In this document: positions 11,746 to 24,406 of the stretch, piece after piece
Layout of the letters: each line of letters starts with the position of its first letter
Numbering within the stretch: position 1 is the first letter of the stretch
From: Azolla caroliniana
Lineage: Eukaryota; Plantae; Polypodiophyta
DNA: 64,000 bases
NCBI GenBank assembly: GCA_043228905.1
Contig: JBHGNT010000004.1
Span: 8,742,001-8,806,000, forward strand
Reading direction: 5' to 3'
The notes under the pieces: generated by a model
Database searches by the model: none
Told to the model about the DNA's origin: nothing
What the model saw: only the letters and a program-made list of their open reading frames with translations
Translations under genes and position numbers: made by a program

Positions 11746-11859
11746 ACCGTGCGGCTTTTGCGCGAATTCGGAGCCAAAACGGAGGGCAATCCGTCCAATT
11801 CCTAACAGTGCCGGAAATCATGAAAGGACCAAGAGAGAGCTCTGGTCCCAAACAAGAAT

Positions 11860-11923
11860 GGATTTTTAGAGCGGACTGTTGCGGAGTGGGGAAGTGATAG
11901 TCCGAGAAGCCCTGATACCCCAC
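11860..11923 (+). promoter_or_regulatory. Putative -1 ribosomal frameshift signal (G GAT TTT + pseudoknot), element B
   Basis: GGATTTT before the gag-PR stop, then CGGACTGTT/GATAGTCCG stem with loop GTGGGG complementary to downstream CCCCAC. Confidence 0.7.
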
Positions 11924-14900
11924 ATAGGAAGAAACCTCTCGATGCAAAACAAGTACGAATCGGTCCGGATGGGGCATCCACGTACACGGCTGTAATTGGA
12001 GGAATGAAGAAAGAATATCGAAAAGTGGAGGATAAGTTACGATCGGCATCAATAATAAAAGAAGACGAAGAAATCGTGGGAATAGTCGAAGAGGTGTTCT
12101 ATGGGAGCACACTACAATGGCTTCAAGAGCTCGCGGAAGATACAAGCTAGGGAAACCGGGTAATTCCGGTGGAGTCGGTCGAGATTTATGAGATCATTGT
12201 GAAAATGGGGCTGGATGCGCTCCACAAAGAAGAAGCAATGGTAAGTACGAAATACAAGACTGTGGACAAGAAAGTGAAACCGGCCGGGGGACCATTACCC
12301 GCAGATAGTGAACAAAAGAGGAAAGAAGTCTCAGGGGATCCGACACTTCGGAAGTCCATGGATATCGGACATGCCTTCATGGATGAGACCTGGAAGAAAC
12401 TTCGGATCGGTGGAGGTGGGTTCCTATTAAAGAATGAAGAAGAATGATTCCGTTGGATGCTAGAGTGACATGGGAGAGCATTTGCATTTACATCGAAAGA
12501 AATAGGATGCGCTGACCCGAAGATAGTGGAGCCGATGGTGATCTTCACGATTGACCATGTGCCGTGGAACCTGAAGCCGATTCCGGTGCCACGGGCGCAT
12601 ATTCCTAAAATCATCGACTTGCTCAAGGAGAAGGTGGCGATGGGGATTCTAGAGTCATCAAATGCTCCGTACTCAAATCGATGGTTTACGGTTCCGAAGA
12701 AGAATGGGTCACTCCGATTTATTCAAGACTTGCAACCGGTGAACAAGGTCACGATCCGGAATTCTGGAGTCGGTCCGATTGTGGACGAATTTGCGGAAGC
12801 ATTTGCCGGTGGCGCGATATACTCCATCGGAGACCTATACTCCGGATATGATCAATTCGAACTAGCCATGGAGAGCCGAGACATCACTACCATGCGGACA
12901 CCAATAGGATTAGTTCGGATGTGTACGCTACCACAAGGCGCGACAAACTCAGTCGCACATATGATGAATGCGATGAATAAGGTGCTCCGGGATTGCATAC
13001 CGGAGATAACGATCCCATTCCTAGATGACATTCCGATGAAAGGGTGTGCGGTGGAAGAAAAAGATGAAGCTATGGATGAATGGGGATGCCAAAGGTTTGT
13101 AGTCAACCATATCCATGATTGTGAGAAAGTGTTACGGAAGTTAGAAGATGTGCATCTAACACTTTCCGGAGAGAAATCGGCATTCGGACAAGAAGAAATA
13201 TTGGTAGTTGGACATCTATGTAGGCCCTACGGCTGAAGACCGTCACCAACCAAGATCGATGCGATTCAAGCTATGAAAGAAGTATGCGAGTCACAATCCG
13301 AAGTTCGAAGGTTTCTTGGAGCATGTGCATTCTACCACATATGGATTCCGCACTATGCACATATAGCGGACCCACTCTATCACTTGTTGCGGAAGGGTAA
13401 GAAGTTTGAATGGAAACCGGAGCATACCAATGCCGTGAAGAAGCTCAAGAAATCACTACAGAGGGCAAAAGCACTAAAGAAGCCGAACTATGACCGACCG
13501 ATCAAAGTAACGGTTGACACAAGTCCAACCGGAATCGGATGGGTCATCAATCAAGCCGATCCGGAAGGTTCACGTTATTCGATCCGATTCGGAGCAAAGG
13601 TTCTCAACGAAAGGCAACGTGGATATGCACAAGTTAAAAGAGAATTATGGGGAGTCGTGTTGGCAATCAAATCGGATCGAGATTATTTGATAGGAGCCGA
13701 AGTAGTGATCGAAACGGATTGTCTTCCGATACTTGGGATGATGCGGTGTTGCACGATACCGGATGTGGCTATGCTAAGATGGATTGCATATGTTAAGTCA
13801 CTTAATCGACACATCTCCGGAAAAGACAACGTTGTAGTGGATATGCTATCAAGGGCGCGGTTCGGAGATGACATAACCGAATCCGATAATGAAGAAGTTT
13901 CCGAAGACTACTTTGCTTCGGAGCACGTATGCTGGGTGGACGTAATCCAAGAATTCCGGGAAGAAGAATACGAGGGAGAAAGCTTGTTGATCGGGAAAAT
14001 GCTACGAGAAATCGAGGAATCATCGGACAATAAAGAGAAGAGAGCCGAGATCCGAAGTAAGAAACGGAAAGTCCGAAAGTTCTTCTTGAAAAATGGATTT
14101 TTATGGAGGGAGCCGAAAAGACCGGGTGCAATACCACTTCGAGTAGTCGGGACAAAAGAGCAACGAAACCAGGTAATGTCTGAATTTCACAAATTTGATT
14201 GGGCTGGACATCGGGGAACATGGGCAACATTTGGGAAGATCAAGCAAAGATATTGGTGGAAGAATATGTACAAAGATGTCGCGGAGTTCATGGAAAGCTG
14301 CGAGAAGTGTCAAATCTACTCCGGAGTTCGACACTGAGATGAGTTACATCCGACATTCTCACCGACAATCAACTTCAAATGGATGGTGGACATTGTAGCC
14401 ATGCCAACCGGGATCGGACAAAAGAAGTACTTGGTGTTAGCTCGGGAAGATCTCACAAATCAAGTAGAAGGTCGGGCGCTACGAAGAAAAACGTGTTCTA
14501 CGGTATGTAAATTTCTTTTGGAAGAAGTGTTTTGCAGGTACGGGTGCGTAGGACAAGTGATTGCGGATTGGGGAGAACTTGACTCTGATAAAGATAGGGG
14601 ATTCTTCGCCAAACATGGAATTCGGTTAACACTAACAACGGCATACAATCCGGAAGCCAACGGGAAGGTCGAGCGAGGACATAGTCCGATCGTCAAAGCA
14701 CTTGCCAAAGCATGCAACGGAAGGGTGATGGATTGGCCGCAGATGCTCCCGTATGCAATATGAGCGGATCGGATGACGCATAGCTCCGTAACCGGTTACA
14801 TGCCGGCAGAACTCATGACCGGACAAGCACCGGTAATGCCGATGGAAACCGCAATCGCGACATGGACAATGCTACCATGGAAGGAAGAGATGAGCCGGGA

Positions 14901-15400
14901 AGAACTACTAGCGGTCCGGATACGACAACTGCAGGGAAGACCGGAAGACATAGCGGAAGCAATACGCCGACAACAAGAAGCGTGATTCCGGAATAAAAGC
15001 CGGTTCGACACAAAGCACCGACTACGACCGCGGAAGATTGAAGAAGGAGATTGGGTGATTGTCTACGACAGTAGTTTGGATCATCAACATACAACGATGC
15101 GGAAGTTCGCGAAAAGGTGGTTCGGGCCATACGAGGTTCGGAAAGTTTTCGACAACGGAACTTACCGACTATGCGAGTTAGATGGAACAATGCTACGAGT
15201 GCCTATAGCCGGGAAACGGGTGAAGATTTTCAAGAAGCAGACTGATGAAGAACCCTATGTGATCCTAGACAAGACCGACTAGAAGGAGCAGTCGAACGAA
15301 GATCGCGGTGATGCAGAAAGCAAAGAAAGTGGATTAGAACTCATAGTCGACTTAAGGGGAGAATCGGAGGAAGCTTCGGATGAAGGTGAATAGGAAGATT
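11924..15400 (+). pseudogene. pol of element B (RT, RNase H, integrase), many stops
   Basis: LPQGATNS and FLDD (RT), VDTSPTGIG (RNase H), GH..CEKC zinc finger, AYNPEANGKVER (integrase), WFGPY module. Confidence 0.93.
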
Positions 15401-15473
15401 CGGATGAAGGTGAATAGCAAGCATCGGGGACTTCGGCACATACCGGAGGATGTGCGGGTTAGGAGGGGGCGAG

Positions 15474-16374
15474 TGTCGTAGTGTAATTACATTTTTGGTC
15501 TCTTCGGATAGGACATGGAGTACCCGGTGAGAACCGGAAGAAGGAACCGGTAAGGACTGAAACCGGTAAGGAGACCTGGCAAGAGCCGGATGAAGAAGGC
15601 CGGTGAGAGTCGGTGAGAAACGGACGAAGAGATCGGTAAGGAGGTCCCGGTAAGAACCGGACAAAGAAAACTAGCAAGCACCGGATGAAGCAGAAACTGG
15701 AAAGAGCCGGATGAAGCAGAACCAGAAAGAGCCGGATGAAGAAGGTCGGTCAGAGTCTCTCACCGGATGAAGAGACATATTTGTAAATAGAAGAAAGTAT
15801 AAAAATATATATATTACATGCATAGGGCAAGATTCGAACCTTGCACCTCCATGTTAATAATGTTAAGCCTTATCATTATACTAGCGTATTATGAATTTTA
15901 AGGTAATACTAAACTTTATCCCATGTAAAATTTCTAGACATGCATGGTACAAAAAGTTATTCATGCATAGACACTCAAGTTAAAAAGAAAAGATGAGATA
16001 GAAAGCTAATCATGGACATGCAGTGTGCATGAAAACTAAAGATAGGAAAAGCATGATGCTTGCATGTGATAAACTTAGACTCTTCCAACACTATATAAGG
16101 AAGAGAGAAAGATGTATAGGGTTGTTGATTATTTTACAAGGGTTGATTAATATAATATAATCGTGGGATCCACGAGTTTGGTAACTATTTTTCTCTGTTA
16201 ATTTAAGTACTCACTAATACACTATACTCGTGGGATTCACGAGTTTTTCATATCTTTCTTTCTTACAATATATTTCATATTCTTAATTGCCTTAGAATTT
16301 TCTTTCCTCCTAGTCCAAAACCCCAACGGTTCCCACCCGACTCACGCAACGATCCGGAGCCGAAAGGCATGACA
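15474..16374 (+). repeat. 3' LTR of element B (901 bp)
   Basis: TGTCGT...ATGACA after PPT AGGAGGGGGCGAG; 3' part similar to LTRs 44887-45587 and 50718-51418. Confidence 0.9.
15821..15890 (-). other. tRNA-like A/B-box module in LTR
   Basis: Minus strand TAGTATAATGATAAG...GAGGTGCAAGGTTCGAATCTTGC (D-arm-like and T-arm-like). Confidence 0.6.
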
Positions 16375-19300
16375 CCTGCCATGTCATCCGTCATTGTCTT
16401 GTGCAAGGCCGTGGACACCAATTCCATCATGCATGTCTTGCGGAGGTTCTTCGACAATAGGAAAACGACCAAGTCCAACTGCAGTAGGAGCCATGCCACT
16501 GGACACTTCCTGTTACTCACCTTCTCATGCTCGTACAAGTCCGTACCACCATTAGGAGGTTTTTCTTTGCAAGTAAGTCTTTGTTTTGGTTCGACTTCAA
16601 TACATTCTTATGCCTTGCTCGACTCCGGAGCATCTACTTGCTTTATCGATAAATCGTTTGTATGCGCACATAATATCCCCACCGTCCGCACATCACAACC
16701 CATATCCGTTGAAGCGATTGACGGCCAGGTTCTCTCGTAGGGGGCGGTTACCGAAGCAACTATCTCGTTGGTACTTCAAATCGGGGCACACAAGGAGGAA
16801 CTGACTTTCTACCTCATCGCGACTCCCCGAAATCCGATTGTGTTGGGGCTATCTTGGTTGGAGACACACAATCCGACGGTGGATTGGTGTAGCCGCTCCA
16901 TCACTTTTCCAAGAACGCCAATTCCTGCTCGGTCATGACACTCTCTTGATTCTATTACGGTCGATTCCAGTTTGGTCGCTACACTGGCCGTTGTGTCGGG
17001 AAACGGCACCATTCCTGTCACCAATTTACCCATCCGATATAACGACTTTTCCGACATCTTTGAAAAGCGGAATGCCGATCGGTTACCAGCTCATCGTCCC
17101 TACGATTGCCCAATCGAACTCCAGCCTGGCGAGCATCCCCCATTTGGTCCTATCTATAGGTTATCCGAACCCGAACTTGAGGCTCTCCACACATATTTGG
17201 CTGAGAATCTCACAAAGGGCTTCATTCAACCGTCCAAATCATCGGCCGGGGCACCAATCTTATTTGTAAAAAAAAAAGGATGGCTCGTTACGCTTATGTG
17301 TGGATTATCGGGGTCTCAACAAAGTTACGGTACGTAATCATTACCCCCTACCCTTAATTCCACTGCTCCTGGATCGACTCCGAATGGGGCATATCTTCTC
17401 CAAAATCGACCTTCGGGGCGCCTACAATTTCATGCGCATTAAGCCTGGGGACGAGTGGAAAACGGCTTTTCGGACGCGCTATGGACATTTCGAGTACAAA
17501 GTGATGCCTTTTGGCCTTACCAATGCTCCGACCGTTTTCCAGCACATGATGAATGATATTTTTCGAGAGTATCTTGATCATTTCGTGGTCATCTACCTTG
17601 ACAACATCCTAGTTTTTTCTTCCAACTTGGAGGAGCACACACACCATGTCCGGCTAGTTCTCACCAAACTCCGAGAATATGGGCTCTTCACCAAAAGTGA
17701 GAAATGTGAATTTGATCGGACCTCTGTTGAATTCCTGGGTTACATGATCTCACCTACAAAGATCACAATGGATGAACACAAGGTCGTGGCAATCACTGAT
17801 TGGCCTCTTCTGACTCGGCTAAAAGAAGTACAATCGTTTCTTGGTTTTGCAAATTTTTATAGGCGATTTATAGACAGGTTTTCTTCCCTAGTCCAACCTC
17901 TCATCCAACTTACCGGTAAAGATACTCCATTTCTTTGGACCCCCGCAACACATAATGCTTTTAATGCCCTCAAAGCAGCTTTTCTCTCCGCCCCCTATTA
18001 GTCCACCCCAACCCCACCCACCCTTTCCAAGTTGAAACCGACACCTCCAACTTTGCCATAGGTGTGGTCTTGTCCCAGCCTGATGACTACAACACCCTAC
18101 ATCCGGTCGCCTTCTACTCTCAGAAGTTTACAGCCCTGGAAATCAACTATCCGATCTACGACAAGGAGCTTGTAGCTATCATCTCGGACTTCGCTGAATG
18201 GCGACCCTATATGGCTGGGGCGCAACCTCGTATTCAGGTGGTGACCGACCACAAGAATCTCATCTACTTCACCACCACTCGTACATTGAATCAGAGGCAG
18301 GCTCGTTGATCATCTTTTCTTGCCGACTATGACTTCGAAATCTTGTTTCGACCCAGCGTTCAACATGGGAAAGCGGATGCTCTCTCTCGGCGACCCGATT
18401 TCGCATTGTGCCCAGGTGACGACGCTTATTCTCAGCAATCACATTGTTTATTGCGGCCCGATCAACTCCACATGTTCGCAACCTATATGTTGCAAGATGA
18501 TTCCTTGCTCAACGAGATTGCCCAAGGAACCATGTCTGACCCTTTCGCTACTGACATCATGGCGCGCCTCAACAACCCATCCCTAGAAAGGAAAAGCTCG
18601 GATCTCAGTCACTTTACAACTCAGGATGGGCCACTCTATCATAATCACCTCCTTTACGTACCAGCTGGCCCATGTCGCCTCCGAGTTCTACAAACTTTCC
18701 ATGATGATCCTCTTGCCGGAAACTTTGGGGTCGCCAAAACGCTGGCATTGCCTTCTTGGGGGTTTTGGTGGCCTCAACCTTGGAAATTGGTCAAAGAATT
18801 TATCAAAACTTGTGACATCTGTGCTCGCTCCAAAGCAGCTCACCATCGTCCATATGGCCTTCTACACCCACTTCCAATCCCCAGTCGACCTTGGGCTTCT
18901 CTCTCCATGGACATTATCACCGACCTTCCTCGAGTCGGTGACCATGACACAGTGCTAGTGGTTGTTAATCGGTTTTCAAAGATGGCTCACTTTGTCCCAT
19001 GTTTGAAAACAATTTCGGGGGAGGAGACACCTACCCTTTTTCTGAAAAATGTCGTCTGCTTACACGGTTTTCCTGGGGATGTCACTTCTGATCGAGGTCC
19101 TCAATTTATCTCCCACTTTTGGCGCCGACTTCTACAAACATTCGGGACTTCTGTGAACTTTTCAACCGCGCACCACCCACAAATGGATGGCCAAACCGAA
19201 AGAGTTAACCAAATCCTCAAACAATACCCCTGCTGTACAGTTAGCTACCAACAAGACGATTGGGTGGACCTCCTTGCCATGGCAGAATTTGCCTACAATA

Positions 19301-19974
19301 ACAGTATCCATGCCTCAACTAAGGTTTCTCCATTCCTTTGCAAATTACGGTTTCCACCCTCGGTTCAACATTTCCATTCCGGCGATATCCATCAATCCGT
19401 CAGCCGAGAAGCGTGCCCACACCTTACAAGATGTTCATCGTGACCTCTCCCTCGAGCTCCGTGCCATTGGCAAACAGTATAAAGCTCACGTTGACCGACA
19501 TCACTTAGTCGTGCCGACCTTCATAGTCGATGACATGGGTTGGTTGCTACGTCGGCACATCGCAACCACCCATCCCTGTGCGAAGCTCGACTACAAAAAG
19601 CTAGGTCCCTTCTGTATCCTCGAGCCTGTTAACCCAGTTGCCTTCCGGTTATCGCTTCCCCCACATTTCGGCTTCACAATGTTTTCCATGTCTCTCTCCT
19701 CGAACTCTATCATCCTTCTCGCATTTCGGGACGACAACCTCTACCACCGCCGCCCGTGGATTTATCGACAGGTGAGGAGTATGAGGTTGACCGGATCGTC
19801 GACTCTCGCTTGGGTCGAGGGAGACTTCAATACTTGGTCTTATGGAAAGGTTACCCTCTTTCGGACGCCACATGGGAACCAATTACACATTTACAAAATT
19901 CACCGGAGGCAATTCGCGCTTTTCATCAACGATACCGCCATAAACCGGCGGCGGGTGTTAGGAGGCGGCCTTAG
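16375..19974 (+). pseudogene. Tcn1-like chromovirus gag end and pol (PR, RT, RH, INT, chromodomain), degenerate
   Basis: LLDSGASTCF; DYRGLNKVTVRN; WKTAFRTRYGHFEY; VMPFGLTNAP; YLDN; DGQTERVN; chromodomain EEYEVDRIVDSR...YLVLWKGY...ATWEP at 19756-19974. Confidence 0.93.
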
Positions 19975-19985
19975 AGGGAGGATAA

Positions 19986-20482
19986 TGTCATAGACATATG
20001 CCACGAAAGAAGGTAGGGATGGAACCCAAGACCTCATGGTCTCTATTGGGCAACCCTACCACTTGAGCTACATATGCATCCTTGTATTTAATTCAACTTC
20101 ATATAGTATAGATTGAACATTGGAAGTTCCTAGCTTGCATGTATTCTCATTTTCTAGCTTGCATGCATCCTCATGCATTCTCTATTGCATGCATCCTCAT
20201 GCATACTCTATTTCTAGCTGGCTTACATAGCCCTACCTTCTTGTATAAATACTCATGTGCACCTTGATTTTAATCAAGGTGAACAACACAAGTTACGGGT
20301 TCTATAAGTTGAGTTCTTGTTCTTTTACTCTCTCTTGTTCTCTATTCTTATCTTTGTTCTACTATATTATACTTCTCCATGACACTTTCTCGCTAAAGCT
20401 TGTGCAAACTTCGAGTCCTTCTGGTCCAGAACCCCAGCGGTTCCACCTCACGATTCGCACGTAGTGACGAATCTTCACGACA
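19986..20482 (+). repeat. LTR (497 bp) following chromovirus PPT and preceding a tRNA-Trp PBS
   Basis: PPT AGAGGGAGGATAA then TGTCAT...CACGACA; PBS TGGTGAACCCGACGTG at 20491. Confidence 0.85.
20011..20070 (-). other. tRNA-like A/B-box module in LTR
   Basis: Minus strand TAGCTCAAGTGGTAGG...GAGGTCTTGGGTTCCATCCC. Confidence 0.7.
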
Positions 20483-22745
20483 TACTTAAGTGGTGAACCC
20501 GACGTGAAAGAGGTAGTAGGAAGGATCAAGTCAAGGATCGACCAATACTTGGAGATGGCGTCCTCAAGCAATCAAGCGGGAGAGTTCGAAAGGATGATGA
20601 TAATCTTCGAACAAATGATGAGATCTCGAGACAACAATGTGAGCATGGAGAAGGCTGTTGACTGTGTCGTTGAGCTCGAGGGTCAATTTGACGGAAGGAA
20701 CATTACGAAGGTCCTTGATGCATATAGAAGGGAGATGAATCAAAGGGACGTGTCCAAAGCACATCAAATCGCAAGCTTCAAGAGAGTTGTTGTCAACAAC
20801 ATCCAAAAACGTGTCATCGAGCTTCAAGAAGGCAAGACACGTTGGTCAGAGTTTGAAAGATCAATATTAGCGGAGTTCGCGACGGAAGATTTGTCGAGGA
20901 TGACTTGACATACCTTGATGAGGTGGATAGAGAAGAAAAATAAGAAGATGTGTGCCTCGACGGTGTACGACGAGTTCGACCAATTGTTTCGTCGTCTCCC
21001 CGCCACGGACCAAGTGCTACTTTAGGAGGACAAGACTTTGTACTTCTTGAAAGCTGTGGACATGAAGGATAGGCAAGGGTTGGGGAATCTCCTCGAAGAT
21101 GATAGCCAAGCGAACGGGCTTGTAGCGGACTGGGTTGCGATGAAGCAAGCATGCAACAAGATCGACATGCGTCATTAATGGCTTGATGATATTTACTTGG
21201 TAAGCCCAAGCATAGAAAAATCAAGACCACATAAAGAAGTTGAGGCATCTAAACAAAGAAACCTACATGAAAAGAAGATTGATGATGACTCAGGGATGGA
21301 GAAGGCCACTTCGATGGAGGATGAATGTTTCAGAATGCGCGTCATGTTCGAAACATCAGATGATGAAGGAGCAAGCCTAATCGAAGCTTGCATCAATGGA
21401 GATAAAGAGTCCGAGGCTAGTGTAATTGAGGATCTAGCCGCTAAAGATGACATCGAGGAGGTGACTATGAACAAGACAACAAGCGTCGACAATGACCATG
21501 GCAAGATTTTCTCCACACATGTTCTAGAGACTTGGGCAGTTGGGTCAAAGAACCAACGTGAGACCCAAGAGACGGAAGGTCGAAAAGAATACATGCGACG
21601 AAGAGAGAAGGATAATCGAAGCTTGATCGATCAAGATGGTCAATGGGTGCGAGGCCCATGAGATTGAAGAGATAGCCACGAAAAACGACATCGAGTCGGA
21701 GATGGCTATGAATGAGCCAATGGCGGATGGTCATGTGGAGACTTTCCTAACACTTCATCTAGAGACTTGGGCAGTTGCGTCTAGGAATCAACGTGAGAAC
21801 CAAGAGACGGATGGTGGTGAAAAGGAAGAGAAGGACCAAGATAATACAACCAATGACGATGGCCAAATTTTCTCCACACTTGTTCCAGAGACTTGGGCAA
21901 TTGTGTCCAAGAACCAATGTAAGACCCAAGAGACGGGAGGTGATGGCGAAGAATTGAAGGTCGAAACTAATACATGCGACGAAGAGAGAAACATAATAAA
22001 GGCTTGCTCAATAAAAAGGATCGATGGGTACGAGGCCCATGAGTTTGAAGGAATAGCTATGGAAAATGACATCAGGGCGAAGATAGTGAATGGCCATGAA
22101 GAGCTTTTCCCTGCACTAATTCTAGAGACTTGGGCATTAACCGATGTAAGACCCAAGAGACGAAAACTAGAGGCGAGGAAGCAAAGGTCAATGCTGATTC
22201 GAGCAACTTTAAAATGGAAATGGCTGAGTGCAGCACGAAAAAGGTGAACGATGGAAATGTATGGGTCCCTCCACACTCGTTCTAGAGACTTGGGCATTAA
22301 CCGATGTAAGACCCAAGAGAACGATAGTGATGGGGAAGAAGCAAGGGTTAAAATTGATATGTGCAACAAAGAGTTTGAGCAAAATATGACAAGGGATGGC
22401 GATGGCCAAGCAAGCCATGAGGATCCGAAGGATGTGATCAAAACATCTATCAAAGACACTACTGTGAATGAGTGAAAGTGCCTTGAGCAAGGAGACGATC
22501 GACACAAAGGTGGAACATTCATGAGACTTAAACGATTATCCTCAAGAAGAGAGCAAGGGGCCATGACAACAAGTCATGGTAAAGCAAAGAAAAAATGAAT
22601 GATATGGTGGATTGGGTGGCAACAATGATTCGAGTACAAAGAAATAGACATGCTCGACGTTGAGTCATGTTGATCACCATTGCTAAAATCTCACATTCTC
22701 TCTTCTTGGCACGTACCAGAGGACGTGCGGTTTGGTGGGGGTGGA

Positions 22746-24406
22746 TGTCGCGAAGATTTTCGACAATGGTGTGAAAATCGCATAATATATATGAAATCGA
22801 GTATGAATCATATAAAACAATAATAGTCAAAATACTATATTAAATAAGTTTAATATCTTAGTACAAAAGATGGAGGTCTTCAAGAGCGTTCGAATGCACT
22901 TTACTACATAAGAAACAAACATCTAAGTCTCAAGTTATGTGGGTAGGAAGTTTGCAAAGGAAAAGAGAAAGATAAAATTGTGAGATATCCCACATAGACA
23001 GGACAAATAAGGATCTCACCATATATAATGTAGAGCAAAAGCTATTATTTTTGTGTCTATCTATGGAGTATAGAGAGTTCAAGGTGACTTGAACTAAGCT
23101 AATTGGATGAGTAGGTGTGGCCTACCTACTTGTAAAAGATTTTGGCCAACCAAAACCGGCGGCAACCGGTGAGCCGACGGCAAACAGCGACCAGTCGGTT
23201 ATCGGTAGGTGACTTGTAAAAGTTTTTTGCCAACCAAAACCAGCGGCAACCTGCGATCGGCGACCGGACGGTTACCGGCAAGTGACTCGGGATACAGACC
23301 GAACGAAATCGGGATGCGGACTGGGCTGGACCAAACGGTTGCAAATCGGATGAATCGGTCGGGTCGGTTGATCGCGGTTCATGGTGTCTTAAAGATATTT
23401 GGTCCAAAAGCCCAATAGCCACATGGACCACACCCAAATTAGGCCCCTACCGCCATAGTATTTTAGGCCCCTACTTGTAAAAGATTTTGGCCAACCAAAA
23501 CCGGCGGCAACCGGTGAGCCGACGGCAAACAGCGACCAGTCGGTTATCGGTAGGTGACTTGTAAAAGTTTTTTGCCAACCAAAACCAGCGGCAACCTGCG
23601 ATCGGCGACCGGACGGTTACCGACAAGCGACTCGGGATACAGACCGAACGAAATCGGGATGCGGACTGGGCTGGACCAAACGGTTGCAAATCGGATGAAT
23701 CGGTCGGGTCGGTTGATCGTGGTTCATGGTGTCTTAAAGATATTTGGTCCAAAAGCCCAATAGCCACATGGACCACACCCAAATTAGGCCCCTACCGCCA
23801 TAGTATTTTGTGCATAAAAGAAAAAGATGTAAGCAAAACTCGAACTTTACACCTCCAAGATAGGAAATAATAGGCTTACCATTAAGCCAAGTCATTTCTT
23901 TAGATATTATATTTTTATTATTATAGCTTTACATGTAAATTCTCATATTAGAGCTCGATTGAGTGACATGGGATGCATGAGCGCCAAATGACAAACATGC
24001 ATCACGTGCATTCCGTATGCATGTCTTGTACCCTCACATGCATCATATGCATGGGAGCATCTATAAAAGGGTGGATGAAAAATATCAAAGGGAGCTTTGT
24101 ACTTTATATCAAAATTAATATTAAGAAAAAAATTTGTTATCCAATTGATGTATTAATCAAGAAATTAAAAGTAAGAAATTCGATATCCAATTGATGTATC
24201 AATCTTGTTCTTCAAATGTAAAGTCAGGAGTTCAATCTTAATCTCTCTCAATCTAAAGTCAATCGTTCTATCTTATCTCAATCTCTCTCTCTCAATCTAT
24301 CTTAATTCCTTTCTCGCTAAAGCTTGTGCAAACTTCGAGTCCTTCCGGTCCAGAACCCCAGCAGTTCCGCCTCACGATCCGCACGTAGTGACGGATCTTC
24401 ATGACA
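22746..24406 (+). repeat. 3' LTR of the gag-only element
   Basis: TGTCGCGAAG...CTTCATGACA; last ~95 bp nearly identical to the end of LTR 19986-20482; contains a tRNA-like module at 23831-23889 (minus). Confidence 0.7.
23126..23809. repeat. 345-bp tandem duplication
   Basis: Units start at 23126 and 23471 and are nearly identical (duplicated ORF-track entries). Confidence 0.95.

Larger units (their letters stand above)
2875..16374 (+). mobile_element. Ty3/Gypsy element B (non-chromovirus), 5' part cut off by element A, interrupted by the DNA transposon
   Basis: gag-protease 2875-4100 resumes at 11746; pol ~11860-15400; PPT 15461-15473; 3' LTR 15474-16374; colinear with the full-length relative at 44887-51418. 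Confidence 0.9.
20491..24406 (+). mobile_element. Non-autonomous gag-only Gypsy derivative
   Basis: PBS, degenerate gag from 20555 homologous to element A gag, acidic repeat region with recurring ETWA motif, no pol, PPT GGTGGGGGTGGA, LTR 22746-24406. Confidence 0.75.

Noticed and set aside
20011-20070. Functional tRNA genes at the tRNA-like modules
   Set aside because: Acceptor and anticodon stems are not convincingly paired; reported only as tRNA-like modules.
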